This document shows positions 43,440-53,066 of a stretch of DNA of 64,000 nt, piece after piece. The notes under the pieces were generated by a model. The model had not been told where the DNA came from. It saw only the letters and a program-made list of their open reading frames with translations, and made no database searches. The position numbers were made by a program, and so were the translations under genes. Within the stretch, counting starts at the first letter, position 1. Each line of letters opens with the position of its first letter. The stretch is from Bryobacteraceae bacterium (GTDB lineage Bacteria > Acidobacteriota > Terriglobia > Bryobacterales > Bryobacteraceae), in assembly GCA_040002435.1 (NCBI GenBank), contig JBDUEM010000002.1, forward strand, positions 737-64,736, read 5' to 3'.

Positions 43440-45218
43440 ATGAAACAGATGAAACCCGTCGACGTTGTGATCGCCGGTGGCGGGTGGACGGGGCTGGCGA
43501 TGGCGCGCGAGTTGACAGCGCGTACGGCGCTTTCGGTGCTGGTATTGGAACGAGGGCCCGATCGCAAATTTGCGGACTATGCCGCGAACATGGATGAAGT
43601 GGACTACGGCATACGCAAGCGGATGATGCAGAACATAGCCGAAGAGACCATAACCCATCGTCACACCCTGCGTGATACCGCTGCACCGGTGCGGCAGTAC
43701 GGCGGCATTCTGCCGGGAACCGGAGTAGGCGGTTCCGGAGAGCATTGGACCGGGTACGCCGAGAGGCACACCCCGGACGATTTCCATCTCGCCACTGCCT
43801 TGCGTGAGAAATGGGGCGCGGCGCGATTGCCGGACGCTCTCTCCGTGCAGGACTACCCGCTGCGCTACGAAGACCTGGAACCGTACTACTGGCGCGTGGA
43901 ACAGCTGATGGGCGTAGGCGGGAAGGCCGGCAATCTGAAGGGCAAAATTGTCGACGGTGGAAATCCATTTGAGGGGCCAAGGTCTCATGAGTTTCCGAAT
44001 CCCCCGCATCGCAAAACCTACCCCATGGCGCTATTCGAACAGGCTTCACGCGAGTTGGGATACCATCCCTATACCGCGGCCGCCGCAACTCTCACGGAAA
44101 CGTATACGAATCCGGATGGGATCACCCGCGGCGCCTGCCAGTATTGCGGCTACTGCATGCTATACGGCTGTATGGTGGGCGCCAAATCGCAGCCGACCAA
44201 CACGCTGATGCCGGTTTTGAAGCGCAAGAGCACCTTCACCCTACGGGCGAACTCGTGGGTGAAGCGCGTCATCCATCGGGACGGAAAGGCAGAAGGCGTT
44301 GTGTACATGGATGAGAACGGGGAAGAGGTTTTGCAGCCGGCAGCGATCGTCGTGCTCGCTTCGTTCACTCCGAATAACACGCGGCTGCTTTTATTGTCGA
44401 AGATCGGAACTGCGTACGATCCACTGACGGGCAAAGGTTCGCTGGGCAAGAATTTTTCCCATACAGTCGGCGGCGGCGGAACCAGTCTTGCTCTTTCAAA
44501 GCCTTTGAATGGATTCATGTTCGCAGGCGGCCAGTCCATGCGCATCTCCGACTTCAACGGATTTCAGGGCATCCCTGCCGATTCGGGAGTGCTGCGCGGC
44601 GGTATCTCGAATACCGCCGGCGGCAACCTTCGTCCGATTGGTTCTTTCGGACGAATTCCCGCCGGAGAGTCGGCGCGCAACTGGGGTTCGGAGTGGAAGA
44701 AGGCCGCGGTGAAGTATTTCGATAAGATCGCCATGATCGGCGTTTTTGAAATGGACCACCTGGCATATAAACACAACTACATGGACCTGGACCCCACCTA
44801 TACCGACAAGTGGGGGGATCCGCTGCTGCGCATTACCGTGGACTGGACCGAACACGAGCAGAAGCAGCGGGCCTTTGCGGCGGAGGTGACCGGCAAGATC
44901 GCGCAGCAGGCGGCGAAGACATCCGGCGCGCGCGTAATCGGTTCAGAGCGCGGCGGCCGGGCATCCAGGCGCTACCAGACCGCGGAGTATGCGACGACCC
45001 ATGTGCAGGGCGGCGCGATCATGGGAACAACTTCCGAGAACAGCGTAGTGAACTCGTGGCTGCAGCACTGGCATGTGCCGAACCTATGGGTGATTGGCGC
45101 ATCGTCCTTCCCGCAGAACTCGTCGTCCCATCCCACGCTAACCTCTGTGGCACTGACTTTACGGGCGGCCGACGCACTGATTGAACGTTATCTCAAGAAG
45201 CCGGGAGCGCTGGCGTGA
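43440..45218 (+). CDS. GMC-family FAD oxidoreductase (gluconate 2-dehydrogenase flavoprotein-subunit-like)
   Basis: The ORF is 43419..45218. The ATG at 43440 gives 'MKQMKPVDVVIAGGGWTGLAMAREL' (GxGxxG). The C-terminal block is 'THVQGGAIMG...NLWVIGASSFP'. Confidence 0.85.
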   Translation: MKQMKPVDVVIAGGGWTGLAMARELTARTALSVLVLERGPDRKFADYAANMDEVDYGIRKRMMQNIAEETITHRHTLRDTAAPVRQYGGILPGTGVGGSGEHWTGYAERHTPDDFHLATALREKWGAARLPDALSVQDYPLRYEDLEPYYWRVEQLMGVGGKAGNLKGKIVDGGNPFEGPRSHEFPNPPHRKTYPMALFEQASRELGYHPYTAAAATLTETYTNPDGITRGACQYCGYCMLYGCMVGAKSQPTNTLMPVLKRKSTFTLRANSWVKRVIHRDGKAEGVVYMDENGEEVLQPAAIVVLASFTPNNTRLLLLSKIGTAYDPLTGKGSLGKNFSHTVGGGGTSLALSKPLNGFMFAGGQSMRISDFNGFQGIPADSGVLRGGISNTAGGNLRPIGSFGRIPAGESARNWGSEWKKAAVKYFDKIAMIGVFEMDHLAYKHNYMDLDPTYTDKWGDPLLRITVDWTEHEQKQRAFAAEVTGKIAQQAAKTSGARVIGSERGGRASRRYQTAEYATTHVQGGAIMGTTSENSVVNSWLQHWHVPNLWVIGASSFPQNSSSHPTLTSVALTLRAADALIERYLKKPGALA

Positions 45219-45877
45219 GACGCAGGGAATTTCTCACATTACCCGCCAAGGGCGTGGGCGGGCTGCTGATCTACACGCTGGCAGGCGAGCCCGTCCGCGT
45301 GAATGCGCAAGAGGGATCCCTGAAGATACCTCTGAAGTTCTTCACGGAGCACGAAGCGCGTACAGTGATGGCCGCCAGCGAACGAATCCTGCCCGCCGAC
45401 GAGAGCGGCCCCGGAGCCACAGAGGCGAACGTCGTGGTGTATATCGACCGCCAGCTTGCGGGACCATACGGCCGGGACAAATTTCGCTATACGAAGGCGC
45501 CATGGATTGAATCGGTTCCCGAACACGGCTACCAGGGCAAGGAAACTCCGCGCGAGCTGTACCGCGCGGGCGTTGTCCGGTTGGGACAGGACTTCGCTCA
45601 ACTCGCGGCCAGCGAGCAGGATAAGCGCCTGATGGAAATTGAGAAGACGTATTTTTTTCAGATGCTGCGGACCCACACGATTGAAGGATTCCTCTGCGAC
45701 CCCCTGCACGGGGGCAATGCAGGGATGATCGGCTGGCAAATGATTGGTTTTCCCGGGCCGCTGATGGGTTATCGCGAAGAAGTGGAAAAGCACGGGGTTC
45801 CGTTCCAGCGGAAACCGAAAAGCTTGTCGCAAGTCTACGGCCGGCCGGTGAAGGGTTGGGAAGAAGAGCCTGCCTGA
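45215..45877 (+). CDS. Gluconate 2-dehydrogenase subunit 3 family protein (Tat signal)
   Basis: 220 aa beginning 'MRRREFLTLPAKGVGGLLI', with 'ILPADESGPGATEANVVVYIDRQL'. It has a 4-nt overlap with the GMC gene. Confidence 0.75.
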   Translation: MRRREFLTLPAKGVGGLLIYTLAGEPVRVNAQEGSLKIPLKFFTEHEARTVMAASERILPADESGPGATEANVVVYIDRQLAGPYGRDKFRYTKAPWIESVPEHGYQGKETPRELYRAGVVRLGQDFAQLAASEQDKRLMEIEKTYFFQMLRTHTIEGFLCDPLHGGNAGMIGWQMIGFPGPLMGYREEVEKHGVPFQRKPKSLSQVYGRPVKGWEEEPA

Positions 45878-45888
45878 TGCTGCCCCAT

Positions 45889-46776
45889 CTAATGCAGGCC
45901 GGCCTTGCGTAAAAACGCGGCAGCTACTTCGGCAACCGCGGTGTGGCTGCCGTCCACCTCATAGTTCAACTTCCGCATGACTTCTTCCGGAAATTTCCCG
46001 GCCAGTTCGTCCAAAGCGGGCTTGAACTTCGGATACAGAGCGATAGTATCCGCGCGCGCGACCAGTGCGGCATCGTACGGAGGGAACGCATGCCGGTCGT
46101 CGGCAAGCACCTTCACTTTGGAGACCGCCAGCAGCCCATCGGTGGAATTGGCGGCAATCATGTTTACCTGCTTTTGTTCCAAGGCACGATAGATCAGGCC
46201 GAGGTCCATGGTAACGGGCGCTTTCATGTCGCGGAAGTGGTACGTCCTGTTGAGCGTGCTCAAGCCGTCCGGCCGCTGCTCAAATTCGTATCCTACCCCC
46301 AGACGCCATTCGATCTCCGGCTTCTCGGCGTCACTCAGCGTCTTGAGATTGAAGCGCGCGGCGGTCTCGTCGCGCACGGCCATCACGAAGGTGTTGTTGA
46401 ATCCCAGCGGATCCAGCCACTCCAGCTTCAGGTTGCTACGGTACATATCGCGAATCCGCTCGTTGATGGCCGCACGGTCGTTGATCATGTTGATTTTCAG
46501 CACCGATGACAGGGCGGTTCCGCTGTATTCGGGGTAGACGTCGATCTCGCCGTTCATGACTGATTGATGCACCAGCAGGGTTCCGCCAAGATTCAATCTT
46601 CGGCCGATCTTCTGCTGCATCCGGTTTTCCAGATGCTGGGCGACAATTTCGCCGAGTATCACCTGTTCGGTAAAGTTCTTTGAACCTACTGTCAGCTCAT
46701 GCCGCCTGACGCACCCTGAAGCAATCAAACTCACGAGTATCGCCGCTATGCTGGCGATAGTCTTCGCTCTATCCAT
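45889..46776 (-). CDS. Quaternary-amine (glycine betaine/choline/carnitine, OpuBC/OpuCC-type) ABC substrate-binding lipoprotein
   Basis: 295 aa with lipobox 'LIASGC', 'LTVGSKNFTEQVILGEI', 'IDVYPEYSGT' and 'DRHAFPPYDAALVAR'. Confidence 0.8.
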   Translation of the reverse strand: MDRAKTIASIAAILVSLIASGCVRRHELTVGSKNFTEQVILGEIVAQHLENRMQQKIGRRLNLGGTLLVHQSVMNGEIDVYPEYSGTALSSVLKINMINDRAAINERIRDMYRSNLKLEWLDPLGFNNTFVMAVRDETAARFNLKTLSDAEKPEIEWRLGVGYEFEQRPDGLSTLNRTYHFRDMKAPVTMDLGLIYRALEQKQVNMIAANSTDGLLAVSKVKVLADDRHAFPPYDAALVARADTIALYPKFKPALDELAGKFPEEVMRKLNYEVDGSHTAVAEVAAAFLRKAGLH

Positions 46777-47351
46777 CCCAATCCCCCATCCGCAATCAGT
46801 GCAATCAAAGCCGCCGGTACGGCGCCGGCCAGAAGCTGCGTGTTATCCACTGAGGCAATGCCGCGGAAGATGAAGACGCCGAGGCCTCCGCCTCCGATAG
46901 CCGCCGCAATCGTAGCAGTACCTACTGTTGTAACAGTTGCCACCCGGACGCCTGCGAGGATGGTGCTGACGGCCAGCGGCAACTCCACCAGTTTCAGCAG
47001 CTGGCCGGACGTCATACCCATGGCGATGGCCGATTCGCGGATAGCCGGATCCACCTGTTGCAAGCCGACGAGCGTGTTGCGCATGATCGGGAGAAGTGCG
47101 TAGAGAACCAGGGCAAGAATGGCAGTCTTTTTTCCGATCCCCCCGATAACCGGAATCGGAATCAGGAATCCAAAGAGCGCCAGCGCGGGAATGGTCTGGA
47201 CAATGTTGGTGACGGTCAACAGCCAGCGCCGCAGGCGCACGTTGCGGTGCAGCAGGATGCCGCAAGGAATGCCGATGGCGGCGGCAAATACCACGGCAAT
47301 CAGGATGAGCTCGATGTGCTCGAGTGTGAGTTCGATAAGGGAGTTGATCAT
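46746..47351 (-). CDS. ABC permease, OpuBB/OpuCB-type (BPD_transp_1)
   Basis: 201 aa. The EAA-loop region is 'DPAIRESAIAMGMTSGQLLKLVELPLA'. Confidence 0.85.
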   Translation of the reverse strand: MINSLIELTLEHIELILIAVVFAAAIGIPCGILLHRNVRLRRWLLTVTNIVQTIPALALFGFLIPIPVIGGIGKKTAILALVLYALLPIMRNTLVGLQQVDPAIRESAIAMGMTSGQLLKLVELPLAVSTILAGVRVATVTTVGTATIAAAIGGGGLGVFIFRGIASVDNTQLLAGAVPAALIALIADGGLGWIERRLSPA

Positions 47352-47357
47352 GCCACC

Positions 47358-48083
47358 TCAGAGTGTCGCGATGAACTTTCCGGCTTCGCCTTCCCGCTGG
47401 AGCTTGAACTCGGCCGGTGTGGCCAGAAGCTCTAAGCGGCCTTCATGGAGCACCGCGATGCGGGAGGCCAGGCGCACGGCCTCCTGAACATCATGTGTGA
47501 CAAAGACGGCCGTCTTATTCAAGCGCCTGGTCAGATCAAGAAACTGGTTTTGAAGATCAAAGCGCGTTACCGGATCGAGCGCGCCAAATGGTTCGTCGAA
47601 CAAGATGATTGGCGGATCGACGGCAAGCGCCCTGGCAATGCCCACCCGCTGTTTCTGGCCCCCGGAAAGCTGGCGCGGGTAGCGATTTTCGAAATCGGCG
47701 TGTGGCAGGCCCACCAGATCGAGCAGCTCGCGCACACGAGTTGTGGTTCGCGACGGCTGCCAGCCTTCCAGCTCTGGAACCAAACCCACATTCCGCGCAA
47801 TGGTGAAGTGCGGGAATAAGCCCACGTCCTGAATGACGTAACCGATTTGGCGGCGCAATCGGATGGGATTCCATGCTGTGGTCGCCTTGCCCTCGACCAG
47901 CACTTCCCCTTGGGACGGAGTGAGCAGGGCGTTAATCAGCTTCAGGGCAGTTGTCTTGCCCGAGCCGCTGCGCCCGAGCATCACCAGTGTTTGACCGGGG
48001 TAGAGGTCGAAGCTGATATCCGCCAGGATATTGCGCGCTCCGATGCTGTAATGAACGTTGCAAAAGCTGACGGCTGCACTCAT
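47358..48083 (-). CDS. ABC ATP-binding protein, OpuBA/OpuCA-type but without C-terminal CBS domains
   Basis: The ORF is 47358..48128. The ATG at 48083 overlaps the egtD stop (ATGA). It has Walker A 'GRSGSGKTT', 'LSGGQKQRVGIARAL' and 'ILFDEPFGALD'. The protein ends about 30 aa after the H-loop. Confidence 0.85.
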   Translation of the reverse strand: MSAAVSFCNVHYSIGARNILADISFDLYPGQTLVMLGRSGSGKTTALKLINALLTPSQGEVLVEGKATTAWNPIRLRRQIGYVIQDVGLFPHFTIARNVGLVPELEGWQPSRTTTRVRELLDLVGLPHADFENRYPRQLSGGQKQRVGIARALAVDPPIILFDEPFGALDPVTRFDLQNQFLDLTRRLNKTAVFVTHDVQEAVRLASRIAVLHEGRLELLATPAEFKLQREGEAGKFIATL

Positions 48084-49072
48084 TCGGAAGTCGCTGGGAT
48101 CACCCAGAGATTTTCCGCGAACGGCCACTCGAAATCAACCCACGATTCCACATGGGTGAATCCCGTAGTGCGCGCCAGGCAGGGAAGCTGGCTGAGATCG
48201 AACTTATGCGAGGATTCCGTCCAGATACTCTCACCCGCCTCAAAGTCCACGGTGATTCCGGCGGCTGAGATCGTTGCCGCTTGTTTGCGGAGGGACCGCA
48301 GGTGCATTTCCACACGCTGGCCGCGGTGGTTGTAGCGCGCCTCGTGCACGAATTGGGACAGGTCGAAGTTGCCGTCGAGTTCGCGGTTGATCCGCGCCAG
48401 AAGATTCCGGTTGAAGGCAGCGGTCACACCGGCAGGATCGTCGTAGGCGAGGAGAAGTTGGCTCTGCGGTTTCAACAGATCGGTTCCCAGCAGCAGTGCG
48501 TCGCCCGGAGACAAAATGGAGGCGATCGTGCGAAGGAATTCCTCACGCGCGCCCGCACGGTCGAAGTTGCCGATTGTACTGCCCAGAAACAGCACCAGCA
48601 ATGGTTCTCCGGCACGGCGGCGCGCAGCGGCAATTTGCAAACCGTCAAAGTAGGTGTGCTGCAGAGGGATCACACTCGCGGCGGTTGCCAGCTCCTGTTT
48701 GCAGGCGGTCAGAGCGGTCAGGGAAACATCGATGGGGAAGTAAAGCAGACCGCGAGGCCGTGCCAAGGCTTCCAAAAGGTAGCGGGTCTTTTTTCCGCTA
48801 CCGCTGCCCAGCTCCGCCACAACCGTACCGGCCGGAAGGCGGGATGCGATCTCGGCTGAGTAACTGCGCAGAATCCGCTCGTCGGCACGCGTGAGTCCGT
48901 ACTCCGGTAGGTGAGTAATGGCCTCAAACAATGCCGAGCCGACAGCGTCATAGAGATAAGTGGACGGCAGTTCCTTCTGGCCGGTCTTACCCAGGCCGTG
49001 CCGCACATCGTCCGCAAATTGCTGCCTGGCGTTATACGCCGGGGCAGTGAGTTCGAGATTTGAGACGCTCAT
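48080..49072 (-). CDS. egtD: L-histidine N-alpha-methyltransferase (hercynine synthase)
   Basis: 330 aa with 'LPSTYLYDAVGSALFEAITHLPEYGLTRADERIL', 'VAELGSGSGKKT' and 'FLGSTIGNF'. Confidence 0.85.
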   Translation of the reverse strand: MSVSNLELTAPAYNARQQFADDVRHGLGKTGQKELPSTYLYDAVGSALFEAITHLPEYGLTRADERILRSYSAEIASRLPAGTVVAELGSGSGKKTRYLLEALARPRGLLYFPIDVSLTALTACKQELATAASVIPLQHTYFDGLQIAAARRRAGEPLLVLFLGSTIGNFDRAGAREEFLRTIASILSPGDALLLGTDLLKPQSQLLLAYDDPAGVTAAFNRNLLARINRELDGNFDLSQFVHEARYNHRGQRVEMHLRSLRKQAATISAAGITVDFEAGESIWTESSHKFDLSQLPCLARTTGFTHVESWVDFEWPFAENLWVIPATSE

Positions 49073-50298
49073 TCATTCTCCACACAACGGAAAGTTGCGA
49101 AAACATAGGGATAATCGGGCCGGAACCAGTTGCGGAAGGACCGGCGCAAAAAACAGGCTGCAGTCCGCGGCGACGCGCCTTTGAGGACGTAGTGCTCTCC
49201 ATCAAAGAAGTTGGCGGAGTAGCCGGGGTAGTTGGAATCAGGATGAAAACCGGGGAAGGGAGCGAACACGGTTGAAGTCCATTCCCAACCATTGCCCACC
49301 AATTGGGAGACGCCGAAGTCGCTATCACCGGCCGGCGTTGCGTTCACCGAAATCGGATCCCAATAGTGGAAATCAAAGTTCCCATGGGATTGCGCTGGCT
49401 CTAAAGCGCCCCACGGATATTCGCGCTCGATTCCCCGGCGGCTTCCGTAGGCCGCGCGATGAAATTGTGCTTCGGTTGGAAGCGTCTTTCCCGCCCACTT
49501 CGCGTAGGCCTGCGCTTCGCGCTGCGTGACGAACACCGGGGCATCCAGAGCAAGCGGAGAGATACCGAACATTCCACGGCAGCACCAGCGTCCACGTTCC
49601 TTTGTCCAGAAGTGCGGCGGCTTGGCGCCATCTCGAACAAAGTCCAGGTACTGCCGGTTGGTTACCTTGTGCCTGTCGATGGAGAAGCGGGTAACCTGCA
49701 CGGGATGCTCGTCGAATTCGTTGTCCCAGCCGAACGACGTTCCGCGTCTCCTGCCCAGCGTCGCCACCCCAGCGGGAATTGATACGGGGCGTTCGACAGA
49801 CACAGTGGAAACAGGCATGGGTCCAAGGCCGGGTCCGCTCTTCTGATCGAAAGGCATACTGTGCATCAGATACGCCAGAGTTTCGGCGTGCATGAGGCGG
49901 TGTTCGATCGCCATGCGAACAATGCGTTCGTCCGCTTTTGGCAGCATGCTGTCTATCTCCGTCCGGACGCGTTTGCAGTAGGCGTGTACCTCATAGAGCG
50001 TGGGCCAATCGGAGGGTTTGTCGGTGGGCAGGTCGTTCGAACCCGGGTCGATACCTGCTTCGAAAAGTTTGTCAAAGGCGGGATTGAATCGCTCCGCGGA
50101 CAAATCGCCCGCGGCAATCTGGTTCCAGTCGAATGCTTCCAAGTGTCCGAGATAAAAGATAAGGCGGTGGCGTTGCGCCACCGGACGCTCGTAGATCGAT
50201 CCGCTGCGGATAACCGAAAATAGCTTATCGGTTTCTTCGCGCGCCGCATTCAGCGTCGTTAGAAGTGTGCCCGGCGCAAGCCTTGGGCTGGGTTGCAT
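49069..50298 (-). CDS. egtB: Ergothioneine biosynthesis sulfoxide synthase EgtB (DinB_2 + FGE-sulfatase-like domains)
   Basis: 409 aa with 'FYLGHLEAF', an HxxxH motif 'EHRLMHAETLAY', 'VTNRQYLDFV', 'GNGWEWTS' and 'RSFRNWFRPDYPYVFATFRCV'. It has an ATGA overlap with egtD. Confidence 0.85.
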   Translation of the reverse strand: MQPSPRLAPGTLLTTLNAAREETDKLFSVIRSGSIYERPVAQRHRLIFYLGHLEAFDWNQIAAGDLSAERFNPAFDKLFEAGIDPGSNDLPTDKPSDWPTLYEVHAYCKRVRTEIDSMLPKADERIVRMAIEHRLMHAETLAYLMHSMPFDQKSGPGLGPMPVSTVSVERPVSIPAGVATLGRRRGTSFGWDNEFDEHPVQVTRFSIDRHKVTNRQYLDFVRDGAKPPHFWTKERGRWCCRGMFGISPLALDAPVFVTQREAQAYAKWAGKTLPTEAQFHRAAYGSRRGIEREYPWGALEPAQSHGNFDFHYWDPISVNATPAGDSDFGVSQLVGNGWEWTSTVFAPFPGFHPDSNYPGYSANFFDGEHYVLKGASPRTAACFLRRSFRNWFRPDYPYVFATFRCVENE

Positions 50299-50420
50299 TG
50301 ACCTTATCCCTCCTGACCTGAGTTTGATTCCGTGAAGGGTCCATAAGTTTCGGAGAAGAGCACCGAAGTTCTGCTATAACTAGAACATCTGGCCCGGTCC
50401 GCTAAATTTTTCGAAATTAC

Positions 50421-52973
50421 ATGGCTTTTCATATTAGACCTCTTAAAGAGTTCCTTGTGCGTCCAGCTCTGCCCGATGCCCTTTCCCGGATGTCGGAACT
50501 GGCATATAACCTGCTCTGGGGTTGGGACCATAACTTACGTTCGCTGTTTCGCCGTTTAGACCCCGCGCTATGGAAGGCGTGCGGGAATAATCCCGTCCTG
50601 ATGCTGGGGCGCGTGCAGCAAAAGGCCCTCGAGAAGGCCGCTGCCGACCCGCGTTTTCTGGGACTTTACCGCCGCGCGTGCGAACGGTACGACAGCTACA
50701 TCGAGATGGAACAATCGGCTCCAACCGATGCTCTGATTGCCTATTTCTCCATGGAGTATGGGCTGACGGAATGCCTGCCCATTTATTCGGGAGGCTTGGG
50801 ATTGCTGTCGGGCGACCACTTGAAGGCGAGCAGCGATGCCGACATCCCGCTGATCGGGATCGGTCTTCTTTATCAGAAGGGCTACCATCAGCAATCGCTG
50901 AACCCCGATGGCTGGCAGCAGGAACGCTACCCTGTCAACGATTTCTACACCCTGCCGGTGCGTCCGGTAATGGGAGACGATGGGGCCGAGGTAAAAGTCC
51001 GGGTCCAGCTTCCCTCGGGCGAGGTGACAATTCAGGTCTGGCACATCGATGTGGGACGGGTAAAGCTATACCTGCTGGATACCAACATTCCTGAAAACCT
51101 GCGCGAAGAAGACCGGGGGATCACCGCCTCGCTTTATGGCGGCGATGCCTTAACCCGAATCCGGCAGGAGATTGTTCTTGGAATCGGCGGGCTGCGTGCG
51201 CTGCAAGCCGTGAAACTGGAGCCGACTGTCTTCCATATGAACGAAGGCCACTCGGCGTTCATGGCCATCGAACGGATCCGGCGGCTGATGCAGGAACATT
51301 CGTTAAGTTTCGAAGAGGCGCTGAACGCGAGCCGGCGCAACAATGTGTTCACGACGCATACATCTGTCCCGGCGGGGATCGACCTATTCGAGACAGGGCT
51401 GATGTTCGATTACTTCAACGAATATTGCCGCAATAGCGGGATCCATATGGATCAACTTCTGGCGCTGGGGCGATGGAACCCGGGCGACAACGAAGAACGA
51501 TTCTCTATGGCGATCCTGGCCCTGAAGACCTCGTCATACAGGAATGCCGTCAGCAAGATCCATCGTGTAGTCTCGCAGGAGATGTGGCAGGGCCTCTGGC
51601 CAAACTTGCCGGTGAACGAAATTCCGATTACGTCGGTGACGAACGGCGTGCATCTTCCCACCTGGTTGAATGGGGACCTGGCCATGCTGTACGACCAGTA
51701 TCTGCAGCCGGACTGGCGGGAGCGCTATCCGGATCCCAAAATTTGGGACCTTGTGCTGGATATTCCCGACCAGGAACTGTGGGAAGCTCACCGGCGCCGG
51801 AAGCGGCGGCTACTGACCTTTGTGCGGGAGCGCGTGGCCACTTTCGCGATTGCGCGCAAAGCTTCCGCCACCGAAATCAAGCGGCTATCGGACGTGTTGG
51901 ATCCCGACGCGTTCACCATCGGATTTGCGCGCCGCTTCGCTACCTATAAGCGCGCGACGCTGCTCTTCCGCGATGTTGCGCGGCTCAAGAAGCTGATGAA
52001 CAATCCCGAAATGCCGATGCAGATCGTGATTGCGGGCAAAGCGCATCCGAAGGATCATCCGGGAAAGACTCTCATCAGGGAAGTGGTGCAATTGTCACGC
52101 GACCCCGCCTTCTCCAAGCGGCTGATTTTTCTGGAGGACTATGGAATCGAAGTTGCTCGCGATTTGGTGCAGGGCGTGGACCTGTGGCTGAATACCCCCC
52201 GGCGGGGCGAGGAAGCATGCGGCACCAGTGGAATGAAGGCCGGTTTGAACGGCGTTTTAAGCTTGAGTGCACTCGATGGATGGTTCGACGAAGCATATGA
52301 AGTTTCCGGAGGCTGGGCAATCGGAGACCGCGTGCCGTATAGTGAAGATCAGGACGAGATCCATTCCAGCGCGTTGTACTCCCTACTGGAAAACGAAATT
52401 GTGCCGATGTATTATTCGCGCGGCGAAGATCGCCTCCCTTACGATTGGGTGCACCGCATGAAGCAGTGTCTGCTGAATGTGAGTCCGCAGTTCAACTGCC
52501 AGCGGATGGTGGGCGAGTACATGACGGAGTTGTACGAGCCTGCGCATGCGGCATTTTCGGAAGTCAGGAAAGACAATTTTGAAGAAGCGCGGCGCAAGAC
52601 GAGATGGCAGGAAGCTATCAATGAGTCTTGGGGCCAGGTAAATTTTGTTGATTTGGGACCGGGGCCAGGCGGGTCGGTAGTGAGTGGAACGGCTATTACC
52701 TTGAAGGCGTCTGTGGAATTGGCGCGGCTCACGCCGGATGACGTTCACGTAGAAGCAGTAGTGGGACGGGTTGGTATGACCGGTCAACTGGAAAACACGG
52801 AAGTGATGACGCTGCCTGCCGTCGAACATACGGGTTCTGTTTATGTGTTTCAGAGAGAGTTTACGCCGCACCAGACGGGACGGTTGGGGTATACACTTCG
52901 CATCAGCTCCAATCATTTCAGCAACCCGTTGACGCGGCCATGCAATTCTCTACTAAAATGGGGATTAGACTAG
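50421..52973 (+). CDS. glgP: Alpha-glucan family phosphorylase (GlgP-like, GT35)
   Basis: 850 aa with 'YFSMEYGL', 'YSGGLGLLSGDHLK', 'HMNEGHSAF', 'FTTHTSVPAG', 'GKAHPKDHPGK' and 'EACGTSGMKAGLNG'. Confidence 0.9.
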   Translation: MAFHIRPLKEFLVRPALPDALSRMSELAYNLLWGWDHNLRSLFRRLDPALWKACGNNPVLMLGRVQQKALEKAAADPRFLGLYRRACERYDSYIEMEQSAPTDALIAYFSMEYGLTECLPIYSGGLGLLSGDHLKASSDADIPLIGIGLLYQKGYHQQSLNPDGWQQERYPVNDFYTLPVRPVMGDDGAEVKVRVQLPSGEVTIQVWHIDVGRVKLYLLDTNIPENLREEDRGITASLYGGDALTRIRQEIVLGIGGLRALQAVKLEPTVFHMNEGHSAFMAIERIRRLMQEHSLSFEEALNASRRNNVFTTHTSVPAGIDLFETGLMFDYFNEYCRNSGIHMDQLLALGRWNPGDNEERFSMAILALKTSSYRNAVSKIHRVVSQEMWQGLWPNLPVNEIPITSVTNGVHLPTWLNGDLAMLYDQYLQPDWRERYPDPKIWDLVLDIPDQELWEAHRRRKRRLLTFVRERVATFAIARKASATEIKRLSDVLDPDAFTIGFARRFATYKRATLLFRDVARLKKLMNNPEMPMQIVIAGKAHPKDHPGKTLIREVVQLSRDPAFSKRLIFLEDYGIEVARDLVQGVDLWLNTPRRGEEACGTSGMKAGLNGVLSLSALDGWFDEAYEVSGGWAIGDRVPYSEDQDEIHSSALYSLLENEIVPMYYSRGEDRLPYDWVHRMKQCLLNVSPQFNCQRMVGEYMTELYEPAHAAFSEVRKDNFEEARRKTRWQEAINESWGQVNFVDLGPGPGGSVVSGTAITLKASVELARLTPDDVHVEAVVGRVGMTGQLENTEVMTLPAVEHTGSVYVFQREFTPHQTGRLGYTLRISSNHFSNPLTRPCNSLLKWGLD

Positions 52974-53066
52974 TTGGCAATTGAGGATCGTATCCGCTAC
53001 GATCGTATTTCGCCAGTGAAATCTCTCTCTTCCGTTTACAACTCCTAAGGAGCTTCACCCATAGCC

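Noticed and set aside
52986-53004. Hairpin GATCGTA-TCCGC-TACGATC after glgP as an intrinsic terminator
   Set aside because: It has only a 7-bp mixed-composition stem and a weak T tract (GTATTT). It is plausible but too weak to list as a feature.
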